A DNA stretch of 60,554 nucleotides, filler included. It is 7 parts of 7 records of this genome, joined end to end, with 100 filler letters (N's around TTAATTAATTAA, not from the genome) between each part and the next. Parts side by side here need not be neighbours in the genome. Positions count along the whole stretch, not along the records: positions 26,346 to 32,733 come from SRR31156797_51135; positions 32,834 to 42,769 come from SRR31156797_51194; 5 more parts are not named here. One strand, 5' to 3'. The notes beneath the pieces are model-generated. The model did not search any database and was not told the DNA's origin. It worked only from the letters and a program-made list of their open reading frames with translations. The translations under genes were made by a program, and so were the position numbers. Shown piece after piece: positions 29,340-39,254 of the stretch. Each line of letters opens with the position of its first letter. Positions within the stretch are counted from its first letter, which is position 1.

Positions 29340-30392
29340 GTGATCAAACCATTCATCCGACCGGCCACGGCGGTCCGTCTTTTATCGGCGGCAGGTTTGC
29401 TTCTGGCCGGAGCCTACCTGCCGGGCGCACGGGCCGCGGAAGACGACGGCAAATCGAGCGAGACGCCGGGGGCAATCACGTTGTCCGTCGACAACGATCT
29501 GTTCGGCAGCGGACTCGACCGGCACTACACCCAGGGGATGCGGATTTCCTGGCTTCCAGCACCCGCTTCGGTACCGGACTGGGTGCAGGACGGCGTCCAA
29601 CTGATGCCCACCATCGATTCGGAAGACGAATTCACCTTCGTCTTCTCGGCCGGGCAAAACATGTACACGCCCGAGAACATCAGCCGGGAAACGCCGGACC
29701 CGGACGACCGGCCCTACGCCGGTTGGCTGTATGCCAGCGTCGGCGCGGTGGCGTTGGATTCAAAGCACAACCTCCAACACAACGTCGCATTGGATCTGGG
29801 CGTTGTCGGGCCGTGGTCGATGGCGGGGAAAACGCAACGGTTCTGGCATGAACTGATCGGCAGCACAAAGCCACGCGGATGGGACCACCAACTGTCGAAC
29901 GAACCCGGCGTGGTATTGACCTACGGAGCCCGGTTGCGCGAACCGCTGACGGTGGACGAGGGGCTAGGCAACTGGCTGGAAACCGATTTCACACCGAGAG
30001 CCGGGTTTTCCCTCGGCAATGTATTCACCCATGGTGCGGTCGGCGCCACCCTCAGAATCGGCCGGAATCTCGATCTCGATTTCGGGCCGCCCTTCATCCG
30101 TCCCAGCCTGCCGGGGGCCGGGCTGGTCAAGCGCCGGGATGCGTTTGGCTGGTATTTTTTCGTCGGCGCCGAGGGACGCGCGATCGCGCGTAACATCTTT
30201 TTGGACGGCAATACGTTCGAGGACAGCCCACGGGTCGACAAGGTCCCCTTTGTCGGAGATTTCCAGGCCGGCGTCGCGGTGACCTTCAAACGAACAAGAT
30301 TGTCCTTCACCCAGATCCTGCGAACCCGCGAGTTCGAAACCCAAAACGGCATAAGCCATTACGGTTCCATCTCTCTTACCTACCTGTTTTGA
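29340..30392 (+). CDS. Lipid A deacylase LpxR-family outer-membrane protein
   Basis: DNDLF...DRHYTQG, GQNMYTP, DRPYAGWL, Q..WH and GW..QL.NE motifs, terminal Phe. Confidence 0.88.
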   Translation: MIKPFIRPATAVRLLSAAGLLLAGAYLPGARAAEDDGKSSETPGAITLSVDNDLFGSGLDRHYTQGMRISWLPAPASVPDWVQDGVQLMPTIDSEDEFTFVFSAGQNMYTPENISRETPDPDDRPYAGWLYASVGAVALDSKHNLQHNVALDLGVVGPWSMAGKTQRFWHELIGSTKPRGWDHQLSNEPGVVLTYGARLREPLTVDEGLGNWLETDFTPRAGFSLGNVFTHGAVGATLRIGRNLDLDFGPPFIRPSLPGAGLVKRRDAFGWYFFVGAEGRAIARNIFLDGNTFEDSPRVDKVPFVGDFQAGVAVTFKRTRLSFTQILRTREFETQNGISHYGSISLTYLF

Positions 30393-30527
30393 TCGCCGAA
30401 TTCCCGCCGCAGTTCCGTCCATTTTCATCGGCTCTTCACCAACCGGCGGGACAAATCCTTGGTTGCGGGTATGGCCGTCTTGCCTAATCACAATCCGGTT
30501 CGGACTGTATTCGCGCTTGCCAAACCG

Positions 30528-30565
30528 AAAAGCCGCGGACTTTCGAAGGTTTCGCGGCTTTTTTT
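30528..30565. terminator. Bidirectional terminator
   Basis: AAAAGCCGCGG...TCGCGGCTTTT between convergent genes. Confidence 0.8.
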
Positions 30566-30594
30566 ATGGTTCGGCGCTGGTTTCCCGTTCCGGC

Positions 30595-31653
30595 CTAGGG
30601 CGTGTGGCGTTCGTGCACCCAGGCGTCGACCAGGGTAAAGCTGAGGGCCAGCACGACGGCCCCGACAAACAGGCCTATGATGCCGTAGGCGACGAAACCG
30701 CCGATCGCACCGACGAAAATAACCGCCATCGGCACCTTGGCGCCGCGCCCCAGCAGAATTGGCTTGAGCACGTTGTCGAGGATCATGATGACGATGCTCC
30801 AGCACAGGAAAAGGACCGCGACGTAGGTGTCGGTCGTCGCGAACAGATAGATCGTCGCGGGTATCAGAACCAGGCCGCAGCCGAGTTGAACGACCGCCAG
30901 GATCAGGCACAGCGACGCCAAAAGTCCGGCGGCGGGTAACCCGACCGCCAAAAAGCCAAGCCCGGCCATGATTGCCTGGATCAGAGCGATGCCGAGAATG
31001 CCGGTCGAAACGCTGCGGACAGTCGCCCCGGCCAAGTCGGCGAACTTTTCGCCGTTTTCGCCGATCAGGCGGTTGGCGATCGCCATGACGGTTTTCTCGC
31101 CGCCCTGCGAATGGGTCAACAGCACCCCGGAAACGACAATCGCGAACACGAACTGAAGAATGCCGAAGCCGACACCACCGGCGGTCGACAGAAGCCAGCC
31201 GCCGATTCCTTTCATATGCGGGGCGAGCGTGCTCAACGCTTCGCCGAGATTGTCGACGGCCAGGGTCCAGAACCTGAACAGCGGGCCGCCGATGATCGGC
31301 CAGGATTCAACGTTTTCCGGGGGCGCCGGGACATACAGATTTCCGGCTCGGATCTGCTTCGCCAATTCGCGAACCCCTTCGACCATGGTATCGGCCAGCA
31401 TGATCGTCGGCCCGACCAGGATAACAAGCATGACAACGGTTACCGACAGGGCGGCGAGCCCCTTATGCCCACCGAACACAAATACGAGCCAGGCGTAGGG
31501 GGGATAGACCGCGACGGCAATGATGATGCCCCAGATCACCGGTACGATGAACGGCCGGACGATTTCAAAACACCAAAGCGCGAGCAGAAGCAGCAGGCCG
31601 ATACGGATACCGGCCTCCAGCGCGTTTTTCAGGAATGCGTTGTCATCGGCGAT
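30595..31653 (-). CDS. AI-2E family transporter (start uncertain)
   Basis: Hydrophobic, with DNVLKPILLG and GGF..YG..GLFVG motifs. The best SD points to an ATC codon at 31653. Confidence 0.88.
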   Translation of the reverse strand: MADDNAFLKNALEAGIRIGLLLLLALWCFEIVRPFIVPVIWGIIIAVAVYPPYAWLVFVFGGHKGLAALSVTVVMLVILVGPTIMLADTMVEGVRELAKQIRAGNLYVPAPPENVESWPIIGGPLFRFWTLAVDNLGEALSTLAPHMKGIGGWLLSTAGGVGFGILQFVFAIVVSGVLLTHSQGGEKTVMAIANRLIGENGEKFADLAGATVRSVSTGILGIALIQAIMAGLGFLAVGLPAAGLLASLCLILAVVQLGCGLVLIPATIYLFATTDTYVAVLFLCWSIVIMILDNVLKPILLGRGAKVPMAVIFVGAIGGFVAYGIIGLFVGAVVLALSFTLVDAWVHERHTP

Positions 31654-32316
31654 TTTTCGATCCTCCGCTGACCGGTCCTGCCCGAAAGCCAATGAGGACC
31701 AGCCCTTTGCCGGCCGGGCAAATCCGACAGCTATGCTTATCCCGCGGCGAGGTACCTGGCAAGAAATTGAAGTAGAACATTTGGCCCGCCTACATCCCCA
31801 ATTCTGAATAATTTCATCGGCGTCACTTTTCACATAGCGAAAAAGCAACGGCCGCGAACGAACGCGAAACATGCGCCTGAGGCGCTTTTTTTCAGTTCGC
31901 TATCTTATCTATATTAGAAGTGTTTCATTTATTATGTTAGAGTTTTACTAATATATAGCTGGTCGATTGAATAATGAATTATATTATTATTTATTTTTCA
32001 CTTGTTTATCAAAAAATTCCCACTTCGTTTCCCACAATGTGGAAGATATTTTGCCGATTCATTAAAAAATATCACCAAAACAAGGGGGACAATATTTTTG
32101 TTTCGAGGCATGCCGAAAAGGAAAACGAAAATTTCCTTTTTTTGGTTGTTGCGAAACCTTATTAGAATGTTTTTAATCACTTCGAGTACCAAATAAATCA
32201 GTTGCCGGAGGTTGTTACGTTCATCAATCTCCGCCAGCCCGCCTGCACAAAAATTAAGTCAAACGAACGTGCAGTGCGAGCAACACCAAGGAAATGGAAC
32301 TCGGAGGTCCAAAAAT

Positions 32317-32733
32317 ATGTCCAATACTACGCGGCGCAGTTTTCTCAAGAAAACCACTCAAATTGGCGCGGCTGCGGCGGCCGTTACGCTTGCTGCCCCT
32401 CACGTTGCCAGTGCGCAAGCCAAGACCCGCACACTGAAGCTGCAGTCATCCTGGTCGCCGGGCACGACCGGCTACAAGCTTTTCGAAGCCTTCTGCAACA
32501 GCATGGTTGAAATTTCCGGCGGCGAAATCGCCTTCAAGCCTTTCCCCGAAGGTTCCATCGCCGGTGATTTCCAGACTTACGACGCGGTCCGTAACGGCGT
32601 TATCGACGGCCAGAACATCTTCTGGACCCGTTGGCCGAGCCGCATGCCGGCCGCGGTCTTCCTGACCTCGTTCCCGCTCAGCCCGGCCCGCCCGGACGTT
32701 TGGGATACGGCTTACTACTCGTACGGTCTTATC
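32317..32733 (+). CDS. dctP: TRAP transporter substrate-binding protein, TakP-like (3'-truncated)
   Basis: Tat signal TRRSFLK, LKLQSSW, SGGEI and DAV.NG..D motifs. Confidence 0.85.
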
Positions 32734-32833
32734 NNNNNNNNNNNNNNNNNNNNNNNNNNNNNNNNNNNNNNNNNNNNTTAATTAATTAANNNNNNNNNNN
32801 NNNNNNNNNNNNNNNNNNNNNNNNNNNNNNNNN
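32734..32833. other. Artificial contig spacer 3
   Basis: N44-TTAATTAATTAA-N44. Confidence 0.99.
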
Positions 32834-32896
32834 GTGAGTGCTTTAACCAAGGCATCGCTTATGTCGTGTAGTCATTCTCCATAAATAAGTGATAAC

Positions 32897-33130
32897 GTGA
32901 AAATAACTAAAGCGACACCCGATCCTCTTGTTTGCCCGCTGTGTGGTAACCCAAACTCTTGTATCAACCTTGGGGCTTTAGATGTCACAAAGTCCTGCTG
33001 GTGTAATGATCCGAATCTCAGTTTCCCAGAAGAACTGTTAGCGAAGATCCCCGTCGAACAAAGAAGAAAAGCATGCGTGTGCAAAGCATGTGTTTTGAAG
33101 CACCACGCTGAAAAGGCCGTCGAAAAATAA
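32897..33130 (+). CDS. Cysteine-rich CWC family protein
   Basis: CPLCG..N.C, CWC and CVC..C pattern. Confidence 0.88.
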   Translation: MKITKATPDPLVCPLCGNPNSCINLGALDVTKSCWCNDPNLSFPEELLAKIPVEQRRKACVCKACVLKHHAEKAVEK

Positions 33131-33287
33131 TCCTCTCCACCCTAGTCCTCTATCGCTGAACGTCTCTCGATCAGCGAACTGAACAATTTATCCTATTCTT
33201 AATAAAGCCTGTGTTATCCCTTTGATGACACAAGATTTTGACCAACACACGTCTTTGAAGGTGCATTCTGTATAGATTGCACCCAAA

Positions 33288-33303
33288 TGGCTTGTTCTTT
33301 GCT
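33288..33303 (+). promoter_or_regulatory. Putative sigma54 (-24/-12) promoter
   Basis: TGGCTT-GTTCT-TTGCT gives GG-N10-GC. Confidence 0.5.
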
Positions 33304-33451
33304 TACTCGAAAATAGAAGCAACTCGCTTCGGTTACGCCTTAACAGGAAGTTAGACAGGTGACCATCTCATTGGAATAGTGTCGCTTAACAATAATTATC
33401 GGCACATTTTTGTGAGCTTCAGTCCTATGGTTACCGTAAAGGACGATACAT

Positions 33452-34906
33452 ATGGATAAATTAACTAAAAATTACAACTCCGAACTGTTCTTTGATGAAC
33501 TTATTGATAGCCAAGGGAAACCTCGTCAGTCAGCCTCACAACTGCTTACTTATTTGGAATCTTTACCCGCTGAAGAGCTTGAAAAACGTCGCTTAACCGC
33601 TGAAACCACCATTCAAGATATGGGAATAAGCTTCACGGTTTATACCGAAGAAGGAAACATAGATAGAGCCTGGCCTTTCGATATTATCCCACGAACCATT
33701 GATGCAGAAGTGTGGCAAGTCGCAGAGAAGGGACTTAAGCAAAGACTCACCGCTTTAAACATGTTCATTGATGATCTTTACCACGACCAAAACTGTATTA
33801 AAGATAAGATAATTCCGGAACATATCATCAGTGAGTCGAAGAATTTCCGACCAGAATGTGTCGGAGTGTCGCCCGCTTTTGGTGTGTGGGCCCATATTTG
33901 TGGCACTGATTTGGTGCGTGCTGATGATGGACAGTTTTATGTATTGGAAGATAACCTGCGGGTCCCTTCTGGTGTTTCCTATATGCTCGAAAACCGAGCA
34001 ATAACCAAACGAGTGCTTCCAGAACTATTCGAGAACGACGACATTCTTCCTATCGATTCATACACCGCTCAACTTTTCGACACACTTGCGGCACTTTCTC
34101 CTCGTTCCATTGACCAGCCTGAAATCGTGGTGCTCACTCCGGGAATCTACAACTCCGCGTATTTTGAACACGCCTTCCTTGCACAGCAAATGGGCGTAGA
34201 ACTGGTAGAAGGTGGTGATTTATACGTAGATACCGATGATTGTGTTTACATGAAAACGATCTATGGGCCAGAACGTGTCGATGTGATTTATCGCCGTATC
34301 GATGACTTGTTTATTGACCCAGAAGTGTTTAATGAAGATTCCATGCTAGGCGTTCCGGGCTTAATGAGAGCCTGGAAGGCTGGCAATGTCGCGCTGGCAA
34401 ATGCGCCCGGTGCTGGAGTTGCGGATGATAAAGTTGTGTACGCGTACGTACCTGATTTGATTCGTTACTATTTGGATGAAGAACCGATTCTGCCCAATGT
34501 TGAAACCTTTTTGTGTGAAGACGAAAAAGACCGCGCTTATGTACTTGAGAACTTAGACAAACTGGTCGTTAAGCCAGCAAACGAATCCGGGGGTTATGGT
34601 ATGTTGGTCGGCCCTCATTCTACTGAAGAAGAGCGAACGCTTTTTGCTGAACTGATTCAGAAAAACCCGCGAAATTACATCGCTCAACCGACATTAAAAC
34701 TCTCCACAGCTCCAACGTTGGTCGACACTCACTGTCTTGAACCTCGCCACTTGGACCTTCGTCCTTTTATTCTTCAAAGTAACAAAAGTCACGTTACCAC
34801 TGGCGGCCTCACCCGCGTTGCATTGAAGAAAGGCTCCCTTGTCGTTAACTCGTCACAAGGTGGTGGTAGTAAAGACACTTGGATAGTAAAAACAAAAGGA
34901 GAGTAA
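33452..34906 (+). CDS. Circularly permuted type 2 ATP-grasp protein
   Basis: PFDIIPR, VLEDNLRVPSGVSYMLENR, NSAYFEH, VIYRRIDD, GGLTRVAL and VNSSQGGGSKDTW motifs. Confidence 0.95.
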   Translation: MDKLTKNYNSELFFDELIDSQGKPRQSASQLLTYLESLPAEELEKRRLTAETTIQDMGISFTVYTEEGNIDRAWPFDIIPRTIDAEVWQVAEKGLKQRLTALNMFIDDLYHDQNCIKDKIIPEHIISESKNFRPECVGVSPAFGVWAHICGTDLVRADDGQFYVLEDNLRVPSGVSYMLENRAITKRVLPELFENDDILPIDSYTAQLFDTLAALSPRSIDQPEIVVLTPGIYNSAYFEHAFLAQQMGVELVEGGDLYVDTDDCVYMKTIYGPERVDVIYRRIDDLFIDPEVFNEDSMLGVPGLMRAWKAGNVALANAPGAGVADDKVVYAYVPDLIRYYLDEEPILPNVETFLCEDEKDRAYVLENLDKLVVKPANESGGYGMLVGPHSTEEERTLFAELIQKNPRNYIAQPTLKLSTAPTLVDTHCLEPRHLDLRPFILQSNKSHVTTGGLTRVALKKGSLVVNSSQGGGSKDTWIVKTKGE

Positions 34907-34908
34907 AG

Positions 34909-35853
34909 ATGTTATCAAGAGTTGCTGAGCGCCTTTACTGGAGCGCACGTTATTTAGAAAGAGTCGAAAACATTGCTCGTCTACTCTCTGTTTACGATGA
35001 CCTATTGTACGACTTACCAAGAGACATTCGCATTTCCTGGTACAACCTAATCGAAATCAATGGCAGCATCATCGATTATTCCAGCAAATACAAAGACCAT
35101 GGCGAAAAGAACATAGTGAAATACCTGCTTTCCGACATGGACAACGAAAGTTCCCTGCTCTCTTCACTCAAAATGGTTCGTGAAAACATTCGTACTTCTC
35201 GTGATGTTGTACCTGAAGAAATGTGGGAAGAGATAAACGAACTTAATATCTACGCTAAAAAGCATATACAGCAGGGAATTAACCGCTCTGAACGTCACAA
35301 CTATCTGAACAATGTCATCGAAGGTTGCCAAAAAGTGATTGGCTTGCTGGCAAATGCGATGCGTCGTGATGCTGGCTGGAGTTTTGTCATCTTAGGTCGT
35401 TATCTGGAACGCGCAGATATGAATACTCGCATCCTTGATTCTGCAGTGTCCATAATGCATCAATCCAGCGAAGAAGAACGTATGCACCTTGAGCAGGTAC
35501 TTTGGTCAAAAGTACTGAAATCTCAGAGTGCGTACCTTGATTACCGCCGCGCAAAACGGTCCTCAGTTTCAGGGCCGGAAGCAGCCACTTTCTTAATGAT
35601 GGATGAACACTTCCCTCGCTCGCAGACTTTCTGTCTTACTCAAATGAAAATCGCCGCTGTATGTTTGCCCCGTTCAGAGCATGTCGTCAACGAAGTGGAC
35701 AAACTCCTCACCACCACGAAAGGTGTGAATAGTGTTGAAGACCTTAACATTGAGTTCAGTAATTATCTTAACGATGTTCAGCTCGCTATCATCGACCTGC
35801 ATGCTGATATCCGAGAAACTTGGTTCCATTTCCGCCATGGAGAAGCTGCATGA
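34909..35853 (+). CDS. Alpha-E domain protein
   Basis: MLSRVAE.LYW..RYLER, RENIR, GRYLERAD and FPRS motifs. Confidence 0.93.
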   Translation: MLSRVAERLYWSARYLERVENIARLLSVYDDLLYDLPRDIRISWYNLIEINGSIIDYSSKYKDHGEKNIVKYLLSDMDNESSLLSSLKMVRENIRTSRDVVPEEMWEEINELNIYAKKHIQQGINRSERHNYLNNVIEGCQKVIGLLANAMRRDAGWSFVILGRYLERADMNTRILDSAVSIMHQSSEEERMHLEQVLWSKVLKSQSAYLDYRRAKRSSVSGPEAATFLMMDEHFPRSQTFCLTQMKIAAVCLPRSEHVVNEVDKLLTTTKGVNSVEDLNIEFSNYLNDVQLAIIDLHADIRETWFHFRHGEAA

Positions 35854-38800
35854 CCATTCGCGTCGCGATTTTGCATAAAACCACGTACGAGTTTGACCGA
35901 AGCGTAAACGTCTCACCCCATGTGCTGCGTTTACGTCCAGCGCCTCATTCCCGGACGCACATTCACGGCTATTCATTAAAGGTTCAGCCAGAAAAACACT
36001 TCATCAACTGGCAACAAGATGCGTTTGGTAACTATCAGGCACGACTCGTGTTTCCAGAAAAAATGCGCAAGTTGGAATTTGAGGTTGAAGTGATTGCCGA
36101 CATGACGGTCATCAACCCGTTGGATTTTTTTATTGAAGAGTATGCAGAAACTTACCCGTTCCAATACGACAGGCTTTTAAAAGAAGAGCTTGCACCTTAT
36201 CTAAGTAAGGACGAACAAAGTCCTCTTCTTGATGCTTGGCTAAAAGAAATCGACATGAGTGAAACACCGATTGTCACGTTTTTATCTAAGCTAAATAGCA
36301 AGCTGGCTCAGGAAATTGAATACGGCATTCGTATGGAAGTCGGCATTCAAACCTGCGAAGAAACATTAACCTTGAAGAAAGGCTCATGTCGCGACACGGC
36401 ATGGCTACTGATTCAAATACTGCGCAGGCTGGGCTTAGCTGCCCGTTTTGCCTCGGGTTATTTAGTGCAGCTCACTGCGGATGTCAAAGCGCTAGATGGT
36501 CCATCAGGACCTGAGCAGGACTTTACCGATCTCCACGCTTGGTGCGAAGTCTATCTACCGGGTGCTGGCTGGGTTGGCCTCGACCCCACCAGCGGATTAT
36601 TCGCCGGTGAAGGCCATATACCACTCGCCTGCACTGCCGACCCTGCTTCTGCCGCCCCTATTACTGGCATGGTAGATGAGTGCGAGTGTGAATTCGGTTA
36701 CACCAATACGGTCGTTCGTATTCACGAAGATCCACGAGTCACTAAACCCTATAGTGATGATGAGTGGGAAAACATCAAAGCGCTGGGTAATGCTGTGGAC
36801 GAGGTTCTGGAACAGGAAGATGTTCGTCTTACCATGGGCGGTGAGCCAACGTTCGTCTCTATCGATGATATGGATTCTGAACAATGGAACACTGACGCGC
36901 TTGGCGCAGACAAACTCAAACTCTCCAAAGACTTACTGCTAAAGCTGAAAGACAAGTTTGGCTCTGATGGCATGCTCCATTATGGTCAGGGTAAATGGTA
37001 CCCGGGTGAAGAGCTTCCACGATGGGCGCTGGGTTATTTCTGGCGTACAGATGGCCAAGCTTTATGGAACAGTCCGGATCTTTTAGCTCGTGTCGATAAG
37101 GATTATAAGCACACTGTCGAGAGCGCAGAGCAGTTCGGCAAGTCGCTGTGCAAACATCTAGGGCTGGATTTGAAGTACCTTCAGCCAGCCTATGAAGATG
37201 CGCTTTATTATCTATGGATGGAACGTTCTCTTCCCGACGACGTCAACCCTAAAAAAGCCACACTTAAAGACGATCTAGAACGCAGACGTCTCGCTAAACT
37301 TCTTACCCGAGGCCTCGATGTTACCTCTGGCTTTATCCTGCCCTTGAGTTTTAGCAAGGGACAATGGCAAAGCTCTCTGTGGCCAATGCGTGCGGATGTC
37401 ATCACGCTAATTCCCGGTGACAGCCCAATGGGTTTTCGTTTGCCCCTCAATTCGCTGCCACCAGTCAGTGAAGAAGAGATTGAGCCAGAACGTGACCCAT
37501 TTGAACCAAGAGAGCCGCTTCCTGTTTATTCTTTTTCTGAGCCAGAGCAAAAAGCGCAATCACAATCGTATCAACATCAAACTCAGAAAGTCTCAAAAGC
37601 CGTCATCCATACCGCGTTATGTATTGAACCGAGAGACGGACGGTTACACCTGTTTTTACCGCCTATAACTTGCTTGGAACATTACGTTTCGCTACTTCAT
37701 TACCTTGAGGTGACCGCTCGCGAGTTATCACTTCCAGTTGTGATTGAAGGTTACGAGCCACCAAAGGATTACCGTTTACAAAAACTACTGATCACACCCG
37801 ATCCCGGCGTTATTGAAGTCAATATCCATCCTTCAAAAAACTGGAAGGAGCTGGTTTACAACACCGAAACTCTTTACGAACAAGCTCACCAGTGCCGCTT
37901 AGGGACAGAGAAGTTTTTGCTCGATGGACGCCATACAGGAACCGGCGGTGGTAACCACATCACTTTGGGTGGTGAAACGCCTGCTGACAGCCCATTATTG
38001 CGTAAGCCTGATTTATTAAGAAGTTTGGTCACTTACTGGCAGCACCATCCGGGACTGTCTTATCTATTTTCGGGTATGTTTATTGGCCCTACGAGTCAGG
38101 CACCACGTCCAGATGAAGGCCGAGATGAAGCGCTGTATGAAATGGAGATTGCTTTCCAGAACATGCCAGATGGATTGGTCGATCAGCCTTGGTTAGTTGA
38201 CAGGCTAATGCGTAACTTACTGGTTGATATTACCGGTAATACACACCGCTCCGAGTTCTGTATTGATAAGCTCTATGCCGCAGGAACCAGCAGTGGTCGT
38301 CTGGGTATTTTGGAGTTTCGTGGTTTTGAGATGCCTCCGCACGCTCGTATGGCACTAGTTCAGACTCTGCTCTTACGCTGCCTTGTTGCACGTTTCTGGA
38401 AGCAGCCTTACCACAAACCCTTGGTTCGTTGGGGTACTTCACTGCATGACAAATTTATGATGCCTCACTACGTTTGGCAAGACATCAAAGAGGTAGTCGA
38501 AGATCTTCAACGCCACGGTTATCCATTTAAACTTGAGTGGCTGGCACCGTTCGAAGAATTTCGTTTCCCTCATTATGGTCGCCAGCAAATCGACGATATG
38601 GAACTGGAGCTTCGCTGGGCAATCGAACCATGGCATGTTCTGGGGGAAGAGATTACCCAATCTGGAACCTCAAGGTATGTCGATTCTTCAGTGGAACGGC
38701 TTCAAGTTCGATTGTCAGGTATGACGGAAGGACGCTATGTACTCGCGTGTAATGGCCGTTGCGTTCCCTTGCGTTCTACTGGACGTAAAGGTGAATACAT

Positions 38801-39200
38801 CGCTTCGGTCAGATATAGAGCCTGGTCTCCCCCTTCTGCACTGCATCCTACTCTGGGCGTCGATGCTCCACTGGTGTTCGATATTATCGATACGTGGAAC
38901 GGGTTATCCATTGGTGGTTGTACATACCATGTGAGCCATCCAGGTGGGCGAACTTACGAGACCTTACCGGTCAACAGCAATGAAGCAGAAGCCCGACGAG
39001 TCAATCGTTTCTGGGATCATGGATTTACTCAAGGTCCAATTGAACCTCGACCTGAATTCAACGCCATGCGTGAATTCTACGAGCATAAGGACGTACCACG
39101 ACCTATGTCACCGCCGAGTGAAGAAATATGCCCTGAGTATCCGCACACGTTGGATTTAAGAAAGAAAAATTTTGAGTCAATATTTAAGTACTCTAAATGA
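35850..39200 (+). CDS. Transglutaminase-like + DUF2126 (putative amidoligase) protein
   Basis: GSCRD, HAWCEVYLPGAGWVGLDPT, LTMGGEPTFVS, GTGGGNH and GNTHR.EFCIDK motifs. ATGA overlap with the alpha-E gene. Confidence 0.93.
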   Translation: MTIRVAILHKTTYEFDRSVNVSPHVLRLRPAPHSRTHIHGYSLKVQPEKHFINWQQDAFGNYQARLVFPEKMRKLEFEVEVIADMTVINPLDFFIEEYAETYPFQYDRLLKEELAPYLSKDEQSPLLDAWLKEIDMSETPIVTFLSKLNSKLAQEIEYGIRMEVGIQTCEETLTLKKGSCRDTAWLLIQILRRLGLAARFASGYLVQLTADVKALDGPSGPEQDFTDLHAWCEVYLPGAGWVGLDPTSGLFAGEGHIPLACTADPASAAPITGMVDECECEFGYTNTVVRIHEDPRVTKPYSDDEWENIKALGNAVDEVLEQEDVRLTMGGEPTFVSIDDMDSEQWNTDALGADKLKLSKDLLLKLKDKFGSDGMLHYGQGKWYPGEELPRWALGYFWRTDGQALWNSPDLLARVDKDYKHTVESAEQFGKSLCKHLGLDLKYLQPAYEDALYYLWMERSLPDDVNPKKATLKDDLERRRLAKLLTRGLDVTSGFILPLSFSKGQWQSSLWPMRADVITLIPGDSPMGFRLPLNSLPPVSEEEIEPERDPFEPREPLPVYSFSEPEQKAQSQSYQHQTQKVSKAVIHTALCIEPRDGRLHLFLPPITCLEHYVSLLHYLEVTARELSLPVVIEGYEPPKDYRLQKLLITPDPGVIEVNIHPSKNWKELVYNTETLYEQAHQCRLGTEKFLLDGRHTGTGGGNHITLGGETPADSPLLRKPDLLRSLVTYWQHHPGLSYLFSGMFIGPTSQAPRPDEGRDEALYEMEIAFQNMPDGLVDQPWLVDRLMRNLLVDITGNTHRSEFCIDKLYAAGTSSGRLGILEFRGFEMPPHARMALVQTLLLRCLVARFWKQPYHKPLVRWGTSLHDKFMMPHYVWQDIKEVVEDLQRHGYPFKLEWLAPFEEFRFPHYGRQQIDDMELELRWAIEPWHVLGEEITQSGTSRYVDSSVERLQVRLSGMTEGRYVLACNGRCVPLRSTGRKGEYIASVRYRAWSPPSALHPTLGVDAPLVFDIIDTWNGLSIGGCTYHVSHPGGRTYETLPVNSNEAEARRVNRFWDHGFTQGPIEPRPEFNAMREFYEHKDVPRPMSPPSEEICPEYPHTLDLRKKNFESIFKYSK

Positions 39201-39254
39201 CATAGCTTGGGTATATAATGAACAGTCTATTGATATTAAAAATTACCGAGCAGA

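Noticed and set aside
18117-30392. Co-occurrence of PagL-like and LpxR-like deacylases
   Set aside because: They are on different contigs from different taxa.
31880-32200. AT-rich stretch with short ORFs
   Set aside because: Best explained as the divergent promoter region of AI-2E/dctP. The ORFs lack coding features.
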